A stretch of 60,550 nucleotides of DNA, filler included, from Basidiobolus ranarum (lineage: Eukaryota), in NCBI GenBank assembly GCA_040143965.1. It is 15 parts of 15 records of this genome, joined end to end, with 100 filler letters (N's around TTAATTAATTAA, not from the genome) between each part and the next. Parts side by side here need not be neighbours in the genome. Positions count along the whole stretch, not along the records: positions 48,563 to 52,494 come from JASJQH010002207.1; positions 52,595 to 56,522 come from JASJQH010002208.1; positions 56,623 to 60,550 come from JASJQH010002209.1; 12 more parts are not named here. One strand, 5' to 3'. The notes under the pieces are model-generated. The model ran no database searches. It had not been told where the DNA came from and saw nothing but the letters and a program-made list of their open reading frames with translations. The position numbers and the translations under genes were made by a program. The first letter of the stretch is position 1. Each line of letters begins with the position of its first letter. Below are positions 50,411 through 60,550 of the stretch, piece by piece.

Positions 50411-51281
50411 ACTTTTTGCATCAACCAAATTAGAAATTATTTTTTGCACCTAGTCAAAGCTACACTAGATAATATGGCGAACAATGGTTGAGATACATGA
50501 TAGAATGTTTGTTACTTTATAAATATGGTTTTTCTACTACTCTATATGACTCTACAGTCTGGTTATTACAATTCCTTAACTAATCTTGCATTTGAACATC
50601 TATAAATAAATAGGATGTGACTAAGTAACCTCTCAAGGGTAGTGATAGACTCAAGTTCCCCTGCTCTAGGAAGCGCTTAAAGTGGAGTGTACACCAGTCT
50701 TTACTGCGAAGAGCTCTCTTCTCTCAGATTTCTCCAACAACAATTTTAAAGTAAACGAGGTTGTGAGATAGATAAACGACCTAAAACTAAGATGCGGTGT
50801 TTGCTTGAAGTGTTAGAACTTCATGACTAGAATACTGTATTGAAGAGAGATCATATTCCATGTACAACACACTGTGTCACAGTATTACCAAGTCATGGAT
50901 AGTATGGTTGTTTGAATACCTGAACAAATTTAAATTATCCTCGGAATATACAAATTGTTATATTATTTTCTGGGAATCCAATTCCTAAGCAGACTAGTGA
51001 ATGCAAAGATGTGATTAATTTTAAGCCTACTTGAGGTTAACTCCAAGCTCGTGTAGTTGGGAATCGCATTGTAGAAGTTTAGACAGATGAATTAACGACA
51101 AAGCTAATGCAAATCATGTTTAATCAATTGGTTAGTATTACAATTGAATCCACGCAGAACCAATAAAACAAATTGAACTCAATTCAAATCTGATATTTAT
51201 CATCAATAAGAAAACACAATTTCTTCTATCTATTAGCCATAGATATTGGTGAGCACTGTTTCTACAATAAGTGTCACAACA

Positions 51282-52494
51282 ATGAATGTCGAACAAGACT
51301 CCTTCATGGATATGGATGATCTTGCGGTCATCGAAGGCATTGCCGACCAGGTGTCTGAATTAAGAAACCAACCACTTGATTCAAAAAGTTCCAAGGACGC
51401 TACCGTCGGCGCGTCTCAAGTTAGTGGATTTTTGTTTTGTTGCATATTCATAGTACGAAGATTAAAGATTTATCTTAGCTGGAACTCGATACTGAGAGTT
51501 TGGGAGTTTCAGGAGTCATTGTAGCCGATACAAATTACCTTATATCCCAACTTCGTTTCTTTACCGAGCTTGTTAACGCGGCTGATCAACGTGGTGATAT
51601 ATTGGTGGTTATTCCATCAGTTGTGATTTGGGAATTAGACGGTTTGAAGGTGAGTTCGAGAAATCCGGGTTGCTTGAGAAATATACTGGTTGATTTACCT
51701 TTCTTATGTTGTTAGAAAGCAACTGGAATTAAATCAGACAACTCTGCTCATTCACCTGATGTCGCTATCCTGGCTAGGGATGCGATCAATTTTTTGTATG
51801 AACGTTTCTTAACGAATGGTTCCTTACGCGGACAGAAGCTTTCTGAAGTGGTGAACATGAAAGCTGAGGTGATTTTCCATATTTTCTTATTATCACAATT
51901 GCATGTTTTAAAGAATCTCTTGTAGAATAATGACGATAGAATCTTAGATTGCTGCAGGTAACAACACCATTAACTTGGTTAGGTGAATACAGAAATTTCT
52001 CAATATTTGGAACTGACTTTATTGGATGGAAGATACTTTGGGTCTTTTTTTACATGCCCGTTGGTATTACTATCTAACGACAAAAATCTATGTATCAAAG
52101 CCATGGTGCATGAAATCAGAACTTGTAGTCTTTGGCGAAAGACGGCGTTAGAGTTGTTTCAAGAATATCTTCCTACCGAATACCAACCCAAGCCGCTAAG
52201 GAAGAATTCGATAAAAACAGTGTTGGAGCCAACGCAAGAGGTTTTGAATTTTGACTCCTCTGATTTTACGTATGGTTCATCGTGTATCTGACGGTTTCCC
52301 CACTGTAGGTTGAATTTGATTTGATACCATATGAAGATATCGATATGGAAGATGCATCCGAACACCTGTCTTCACGGGCTGTCTTAGAAAATAGTTCTTC
52401 CGCCCAAAGAGAGTCTGCCACTATCAGCAAGGTATCGGAAATATCTGCGTTTTCCATAGCGAGAACATCTGGCATAGTTTCTCTTGGTTATACT
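51282..52494 (+). CDS. SWT1: SWT1-like PIN-domain RNA endonuclease, multi-exon, 3'-truncated
   Basis: VIVADTNYLIS, VVIPSVVIWELDGLK, LARDAINFL, LRGQK, NNDDRILDCC, VLLSNDKNLCIKAMVH. Confidence 0.85.
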
Positions 52495-52594
52495 NNNNNN
52501 NNNNNNNNNNNNNNNNNNNNNNNNNNNNNNNNNNNNNNTTAATTAATTAANNNNNNNNNNNNNNNNNNNNNNNNNNNNNNNNNNNNNNNNNNNN

Positions 52595-55500
52595 GCAGAT
52601 AATGAACCCAACGAAGCGTAGAGGTCTTTGGCCAACAACCTGCTTCCCTACTAAAGCCTCACCAACTTCAAATTAGTGCAACTGCTCTTTCTCTGCCTAG
52701 TTCAAGGACATTCCCTGAAGACATCCACAAACTTTAATCCAAAGACCCATTGGTGATGTCAATCAAGAAAGCCCTGGATTCACCCAAAGGACCCTCCAGC
52801 TTGTACATATACCCCAGTTCTCCGCCATCAATGATCTCTTGTTTTATAGGTAGCATCTTGACATTCCAGACCATACTTCCAGACTCAAAATCATGCAGGA
52901 AAGACATGATTCATCACTTGCAGGACACTTTGGTACTACCAAATCATATATGTTGCCATGCAGGGATTATCTGCTTTGCCATCTTTTTTTGGCAACCTTA
53001 AGCTAGTTTTTCCAGGTTACCTTATATGGCAGTTATATTCTTTGGAGCATTGCATGAAACCTAACCAATCTTATTAACCCACAGATAGTATTTTTTGCCA
53101 AGACCTTTCATGGAAGGTCACCTGATCATCCTAACATCATCACATTTGTATTGGTCCTTGTAGTTCCCAACACCCTTACACTAGAACTTGCCATAATATA
53201 TTATGTTTCACCCTGCAACATCTATATAAGCCCCTGTTTTCCTTGATCAGACCACAGTCCAATCAATGCCAGTTATCAGTAAAGATTCTTGCCAAAATAT
53301 CTTCCCTGTCCAGTCTGGTCTTGTCTTGCCTTGTTGTGTACACTCAAGTACTCTCCTGCTTTCTAGCCTCTTGCTGTTGATTCCAGACTGGTCTGGTTTC
53401 TTATTGTAACAGTGTAAATACTTTAAACTGTCACAACCTACATTTGGAAATGCAAGCAGGGAAAGAACTTCAGCTACATAGCTTGATGCACTTAAACAAG
53501 GGTCCAAGCCTGCATCAACTTATGCCACTAAAATTTGCCTTTTTGCCTGTGCTCTCAATTGGAGAAAACTTGCCCTGATTAACTAGTTCCAATATGGACT
53601 TGGAGAAAATGTAAGGTTTTTTACTTGCTATGGCAGACCATGTGACCTTGTCCAATGCTGTCTGTCAGGCAGTTACTTGTGATAACTTGTTATTTGGAAG
53701 GCAACTACAATAAAAACAAATGCACTTCTTTATTAAGGTGCTTCCTCCTGTTTTATTCGCTCTGACTTTGGGAAATTCCACTCTATCCCAATAATCAAGA
53801 AATTTAGTCCAGTCCTTGTAGAAGTAATTGATGGAAGGCTGCTATTATCAAGCACTGTAACACATGATACAACCATTATGACACTCATGTTCACTGCTCA
53901 TCAAGAAAAAATAGCCTTTAATATCATATCCTTACCTTACCATCCCATCATCCTTGGTATCTCATGGTTCCTGCTGCACCATCCAGTAATTCACTGGAAG
54001 AAGAAGATTACCATGTTCATGCAAGCTCCATCTACTAGCCCATATTTGCCAACCTGCCAAGTATTCAACTCATGATCAGCCCAAGTCCTTATATCATCTA
54101 TACAGCCAATATCCATTTACAGTGCTGCTGAAGAGCTGAAACCAACAAAACCTGTTCTTGCTAAGCTCCCACCCAAATACTTAGCCTTTGCAGATGTCCT
54201 TGACAAGAAGAAATCCAATACATCCCCAGCTCACTGCCCTTATGAATGACCTATAGATCTAAAAGAAAGAAAACAAGCAATCTTGGGGCCTATCTATGGG
54301 CTGACTAAGCCAGAACTCAATATTCTGAAAGAGTATATTTCTAAATATCTGCAGAAAGAATTTATCCAACATTCAAAGTCTCCAGCAGGATCTTGAATCC
54401 TAATTGTTAAGAAATTGATGGATCTCTCCATCTCTGTGTTAATAATGAAGACCTAAATAGCAATACAGTTAGAAATTGATACCCATTGTCATTGATTAAC
54501 TCACTCTTAGAGCAGCTTGCTACAGCCAAGATATATACAACAATTAATTTGAGAGGAGCTTACTATCTTGTAAGAGTCATCAATGGAATGCTGCCTTTTG
54601 AACAAGGTATAGACACTTTGAATACAATGTCATGCCATTTGAACTTACCAATGCCCCTGCATTCTTAAAATACACAAAGAATGCTATATTCAGAGACTAT
54701 CTTGACCAGTTGGTGCTAATCAACCATGAAAATATCTTGATCTTTTCAAACTCTCAAGAAGAACATCATGTTCATATTTCCCAAGTCCTGGAACAGTTGG
54801 AAACCTCTGGTCTCTATGCTTATCTTGAGAAATATGAATTTGACCAAGCTCAAGTTGAATTCCTTAGATATAACATTGGCCCATCAGGCATCTCCATGGT
54901 CCCTACAACAATTGAATCTGTTCTGTCATGGGATACTCCTAACAGTGTGAAGGATGCCAATCTTTTCTTGGATTTGCAACTTTTTACCAATGGTTTGTCA
55001 GTAACTGCTCCAAAACATCTGCCCCATTAATAAACTTTATCAAGAAAGAGCTCTCATTTAACTGGAATATATCATTTGTAACTATAATTAATGCTTTTAC
55101 CTCATTACTAATCTTGGCACACCCTAAACTAGAAAAACCATTCATTGTTATAATTGAGGCATCTAACTTGGCTCTAGGAGCAGTACTATTACTGTATGGT
55201 GATGGTAACACACTGTATCCTGTTACCTTTTACTCAAGAAAGTTCTCTGCAGCAGAAATCCACTATGTCATTGATGATACAGAGTTGTTTGCAACTATTG
55301 CTGCATTTGAACAATGGCAACAATACTTGAATGGAGCAAATGATGCAAATACAGTCTACTTGTCACAATAAGGAACTGGACAAGGAGTGGAAACAATGAC
55401 AAGAGGCTAGAAGGCAGGAGAGTACTTGGGTGTAGACCACAAGACATGACTGGACAGGGAAGATACTTAGGCAAGAATCTTGATTGATAACTGGCATTGA

Positions 55501-56400
55501 TCAGACTGAGGTCTGATCAAGGAATACATGAGGCTTTTACAGATATTGCAGGGGGAAATATTATATACTGAAGAGGAAATATATTGTGGCAGGTTCAAGT
55601 GTTGGGGTGTTGGGGACCACAAGGACCAATACAAAGAGGCATGATTTAAGGATGAACAGGTGATCTTCCATGGAAGGTCTTGGCAGAAATACAATATGTG
55701 TGGGTTGACGTGATTGGTTAGGTTTCATGGAATGCTTCAAAGAACATGACTTCCATACAAGGTAACCTGGATGAACCAACACAAGATTGCCAAGAAGGGA
55801 TGGCACAGCAGATATGACTACATAATCTAATAATAGAAGAGTTCTATTTGCAGTGGATCAGTGTGCCAAGATCCAAATCATGACACTATGGTGATCATAA
55901 GAATCTTCAGTATATTAGTAGAACTAAAGTTTTAACCACCAATAAGCTAGATGATCATTTTTTCCTGCAAGTTTTGATTAGTGGTTAAATATCAACCAGG
56001 TAGCCCTTAAGGAGCACCTGATGGCTTAACACATAGAGCAGTATATCAGCCTTAAGAAGAGGATGGGGCCTTTGGCCAATAAAATACTTCCCTACTGAAG
56101 CCCCACCAACTTTAAATTAGTGCAACTGCTCTTTCTCTGCTTAGTTTAAGCATATTTGAAAAAGACACTAACAAATTTCGATCTGAAGAGCCATAGGTAA
56201 TATGAATTAAGAAAGCCCAAGATACACTGTAAGGCCATTCAAGCTTGATCATGTACCACCACTTCTCCATCAACAATGCTCTCTTGTTTCATTGGAAGTG
56301 CCTTAATATTCCAAACCACACTTCCAGACTCAAAATCATGAAGGAAGGACATGATTCACTACTTGCAGGACACTTTGATATTGCCAAATCATATCAGTTG
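52595..56400 (+). mobile_element. Ty3/gypsy remnants: LTR family E (~53015-53411), gag, protease, RT, RNase H and integrase Zn-finger start
   Basis: LDALKQG..FQYGL, IILGISWFLLHHPVIHW, GPIYGL, INLRGAYYLVRV, MPFELTNAPA, EASNLALGAVL, FYSRKFSAAEIHY, HDSLLAGHF. The integrase-proximal segment occurs twice (~52615-52945 and ~56065-56395). Confidence 0.9.
55361..55885 (-). repeat. Solo LTR family E inserted into the gypsy RNase H
   Basis: TG..CA ends; reverse-homologous to ~53015-53411. It splits TVY|GDHKNLQY, with a degenerate TSD ctact/ctatg. Confidence 0.8.
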
Positions 56401-56413
56401 GCATCTATGTATT

Positions 56414-56522
56414 TGTTGAAGTTTATTGTCTTTATCATACATGTTATCCCTATCTTTATACACCTAACTATTTCATATATCACATATTAGTTAGTCAACA
56501 TTATTTAGTCAAATATCACTTA
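56414..56522 (+). repeat. LTR family C, 5' part
   Basis: TGTTGAAGTTTATTGTCTTTATCAT... matches 11069 onward and the reverse of 28372-28478. Confidence 0.85.
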
Positions 56523-56622
56523 NNNNNNNNNNNNNNNNNNNNNNNNNNNNNNNNNNNNNNNNNNNNTTAATTAATTAANNNNNNNNNNNNNNNNNNNNNN
56601 NNNNNNNNNNNNNNNNNNNNNN

Positions 56623-58720
56623 TAAGTGGCGACGGTAGCAATAGGAATGCTCCTGATGTTATATTAGTTAGATGCAGATCCGGACTAACGGTCTCTTCGG
56701 ATTTTCGAGTTCCGTAAATCCTTGAATGCCATTTTGAGATTTTCCACACTGGCTGAAGTCCTAAAGCTCCATGTGACACCAAGTAGAGTGCTGTAAGTAT
56801 AATTTCTTGTCGACGATCTAGCTTTTGTTTTTCACAAGCCAGCTCATGTAAAGGGAGTGCTATTTGGAGTGGTTCAGGGAGAGTTCGGTGTATGCTTGAA
56901 CACCAACCAGCTCTAGACCGTTTTTCATGGCCCTTTAGGTAAAAGCAACGTTGGTGTGTGATCCAAATAGGAAGAGCCAAAGTAGACATATTTGGGCAAG
57001 TTGATGTTATGATGTTAGTGTGAACACAAATTGCTAAGAATCGGAATTTGGACTCTAAACGTCGAGGAAATTTCAGAGCTCAATGTTACATAATCGAGGG
57101 GTCACCGGACATACTCTTGACCTTATCTGAATGATGCTGATTCTGGAATGAAATCCTTTTTTCCATCATTAATTTAAGCTAATCCGTCTAATGAAATCCA
57201 TCCCTCCCACTAATAACAGGATGCTGATAATCATCATACAGAGGTGCGTGACAATAACTACTCTCTCACCCACTGACTCCCAAAACCAGTCGACTCCATC
57301 CGTAACCATCATGTGAAAGCGAATAGTACTACGGATTCGGCGGTTATCTCGATCAAGATCTTTAACACTGTTCTCTATCGAATTCTTGGTGCTGGATTAG
57401 ATTTGTGCTCGTTGAGTAACAGCTGGTGGTGAGGAGAAGCCGTGACGTCATAGAAGCTCAGGGAATAAGGTCTGGTGAGCGAATTAGTAATCATTTTAGG
57501 ATTACTAGTCGCGTTCTGAGCCCCAACCTTGAATGATATTCGAGATATCCCTAGCAACTCCAGGATCGGAGAGAACCGATGCATAGAATTAAGGTAGCAA
57601 CCAACGAGATAGGCTCATGATCATTTAATACCAATCAGGCTATCGAATTACTTATCACTTAACTTAGCTTGAATCCCTTGCAGCTGCTCATGAACACAAA
57701 ACTGCAGTTTACAACGTGCATTATGAGCCAATTTTACCGTTGAAAAAGAAATCGGATAGTCTTCCAACTTACTCATTTATCTCTGTTGATTCCGATTTGA
57801 ATCGGCTTTAAAGATTTGCCTGGCTGGGGTCAGTACACTGGTACTGTTCCTGCACCTAATGACCGAATGTCATTTATTTTCTTTAATTGTCACTCGCTGA
57901 CCTTCACAATAAGCTAGAATTCTTAATAAGTAATGTGATGAATATAAATCACTTTCTACCGAGATGATCCTCATACAGTCTTTCTGGAGTCTTGAGCTCC
58001 TGCTGCAGGTCGAGTGCTAGGCTGCCAATGCTGATCGCAATCATGACAAACACTACCTTTCCAAGTCTTAGCAGAGCTTTTGCTGATTATCGTTTCTGTA
58101 GTCGGTATGATATGTAACATAACCTGCCATTACTTTTTTCAGTAGATTACTGATCATCCGAATGATTAGTCATCCCTTACTCTCATGGGAACTAAGGAAT
58201 TTGTTTGGGCAGCTCAGGAATTAATCTCAAGGAATACCATTTGACGCCATAGGATCGCCTTTTCGGGTAATCGGGTATGTTTTGAATGAATGCAATTACT
58301 AGTGTTCTTAATGTGGAGAAGATCCGCATTTTTAAACAAACTGCAGCATTCAATCGATTAGTGCACTTATAACCTTGAACCAGACATCTAAATGACAATT
58401 GATCATGTAGAATGAAGTGCATCCACCTATAGCTTAGCGCATTAGTTGATCTCCTAGGCTTAGCCTTGTTTCATTCACTACCGCTTCTGGGCAATACAGC
58501 GAATTTAAAATATCTCTGCCATGGATCAGCCTAAGTTCTAGTTTGATTGTAGTTTTCGCATTAATAATAATAATATCAATGCTTGCAAAATTTTTCATAA
58601 ATCGATTTTTTTCGTAATCCAATTTCGCCACTTGGTCAGTTCCTAAGTTAGTTGCAATGGTCGAGGACAACATCATATACGATACTTTTTCTTGGGGATA
58701 TCTTGGATACTACGGATTTA
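56623..58720 (-). pseudogene. Highly decayed NRPS fragment (adenylation C-terminus followed by an epimerisation-type domain)
   Basis: Degenerate motifs in the expected order: NSLYCPE (NxYGPTE), AIGG..VQGY (GELxIGG..ARGY), RKGD (RTGD), YPISFS, FHMMVTDGVDW at 57318-57286 (HHxxxDGVSW), LKGHEKRSRAGWCSS at 56938 (EGHGRE / RTVGWFT). Confidence 0.55.
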
Positions 58721-59036
58721 GGTTGGGCATAATTTCCGCCGTAATTTGTATTATTCTATGACTATTCAGTTATGTAAGAAATATGACCATGGATTGAATA
58801 GGAAACTCTCTATATTTCTAAGTGTACCCTTTTTGTCTAAAATCTGAGAATGGATGCGGCTATAGTTTAAACTCAGTTGTTTATTAAAGTGACCAGAATT
58901 ACCAAAAGCAGTAACCAAGTTCGAAATCTTGACCATACTTTTATAATATGAATGGATTTGATGTGCATCTGGGCAAGTACAAATCTTTAGAATTATAGTG
59001 ATTTATTTTGCTATAGGAGCATTAGAACTTAAATAG

Positions 59037-59685
59037 TGTTGAAATTAGCATTGCCGAAGCACCTATATAGTCATATATAACTTAGTATTTAGTTATCCTG
59101 TATTGAACTAAGATATCACCTCAAGAGGAATTCACTTAGAATATTGAAACCAACTGAGAAGTTCTCAGATATATAGATTTTTCAAACTGGTGCTAGAAGC
59201 CCCAAACTTTGCACACAAGCTCATGAGACCTTCCTTGACATATTTTACATGCTAGCTTATTTACATATTTTGGATAACTAATCTTTATTCAACATCTAGC
59301 TAAGTTTAGTTATGATACATATATCAGAAACCAAAAGCAACCTATCTATAGTCCCTATATTCTTACTAGAAATATCTCCACATCTCCATAACCAGTATGT
59401 CTTATTACACCCACTAATCTATTATATCTTATTATATAAACTCTTGAATGCCTCAAACAATTGACTTACTTTCTTGCTATATAGTTCACCTTATTCTCTT
59501 AAGACTAAAGTAACTAAAACACTATCATAAGTTGACTCTAATAAAGAAAGTCTACCCCTGTTATGTCAAGATTCTCCAACACATATTGACAAAACTATAA
59601 ATGTCAACCATCTACTCAATCAGTGAAAACTACTAATTTCCTTATCTCTCCAAACACTTTCAAGATGCTCCCAAAATACTTTAAC
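59037..59685 (+). repeat. LTR family A split by an inverted solo LTR of family D (59269-59581, TSD CATAT)
   Basis: The two halves of LTR A rejoin across catat|...ctccaaca|catat. The insert is the reverse complement of 59837-60200. Confidence 0.85.
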
Positions 59686-59836
59686 AGTTCTTGGTGGATA
59701 TAGGAGGTTAAGTTTTCAATATGAGGAGAATAATACAAGTTTGGAAATTTCTTTCCTTTCCAAGTATGTCTGGCATTTGTTGCAGTGATTCAGGATGTTT
59801 GTAACTATTAAAACTTACAAAATTTAAATCAACATG

Positions 59837-60200
59837 TGTTGGAGAATCTTGACATAATGGGGGTAGACTTTGGGTATTGGAAGCTGATGGAGGACCTTGA
59901 CATAATGGGGGTAGACTTTGAGTATTAGAAGCAACTTATTATAGTGTGTTTTAGTTACTTTATTCTCAAGAGTATATGGTAACTTATATAGTAGAAAAGT
60001 GAATCAATTGTTTGAGATATTCAGGAGTTGGTATAATAAGATATAATAGATAAGTGGGGGTAATAAGACATACTTGTTATATGGATATAGAGATATTCCT
60101 ATTTAGAATATAGGGGCTATAGATATGTTGCTTTCTGTTTCTGATATATGTATCATAACTAAAGTTAACTATGATGTTGAGTAAGATTAATTATCCAACA
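59837..60200 (+). repeat. LTR family D with a ~43-bp internal duplication
   Basis: TGTTGGAGAATC...TTATCCAACA; cttgacataatgggggtagactttg occurs twice. Confidence 0.85.
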
Positions 60201-60209
60201 CCTGTGCTT

Positions 60210-60550
60210 AATTCTTATTCAGTATTGTGCTTATATTCACTAATGTCTATTCCTGCTCTTAACTTCTCAAAGCTTGAAGTTTTGAGTGGTTTTGTTAGTA
60301 TATCTGCAAGCATGTTTTCAGTATTACAAGAAATAAAGTTCACTTCTTTTTCTTGAACTTTCTCTCATATAAAATGATGTCTTATGTCAATATGTTTCAT
60401 CCTTGAGTGATGCTTGGGATTCTTGGTGATCTGAATATAATTAATATTATCTTGATATATTGGGGTAGGATTAACTTGATCATATCCTAGTTCCTTGAGA
60501 AGACTCCTTAGCCATATAGCTTCTTGAACAGCCATAGAGCTTGCCATATA
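60210..60550 (-). mobile_element. Ty1/copia RNase H end
   Basis: VQEAIWLRSLL..IYQDN..NPKHHSRMKHIDIRHHFI*E..MLADILTKPL. Confidence 0.93.

Noticed and set aside
3959-56622. Regularly spaced TTAATTAATTAA motif as a biological repeat or CRISPR-like array
   Set aside because: It is always centred in N-runs of identical length between length-sorted contigs, so it is an artificial six-frame-stop linker. ORF-track entries containing X or ending in LIN are artefacts of it.
4059-58720. A biosynthetic gene cluster made of the terpene-synthase-like genes, lipases, YcaC and NRPS
   Set aside because: Each lies on a different contig, so no physical linkage can be inferred.

Overview
This window is not one locus. 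It is 15 unrelated ~3.93-3.96 kb contigs, sorted by decreasing length and joined by an artificial 100-nt spacer (N44-TTAATTAATTAA-N44), so adjacency across spacers means nothing. The DNA is AT-rich, intron-rich and eukaryotic. It is most consistent with an early-diverging fungus; a Basidiobolus-like zoopagomycete is my inference only. Host genes: mitochondrial S8, RPS23, RPL17, an SLC25 carrier with microexons, URC1/urg1, HAUS1, Yippee, SWT1-like PIN nuclease, two tandem class 3 lipases, a secreted Gly/Arg-rich protein and a prion-like/MIR-domain protein. Much of the rest is decayed transposons: half-tRNA-primed Ty1/copia families, Ty3/gypsy, a Mos1-like mariner, Harbinger-like and CACTA-like elements. 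The most interesting signal is an intronless 573-aa Cys-rich ORF (12177-13898) with rewired class I terpene-synthase-type motifs. Hand translation finds two decayed paralogues of it on other contigs (~4100-5280 and ~45170-46740, both minus strand), pointing to an expanded, unannotated enzyme family. There is also a heavily decayed NRPS relic with an epimerisation-type domain. All identifications come from manual translation and motif recall, not database searches.
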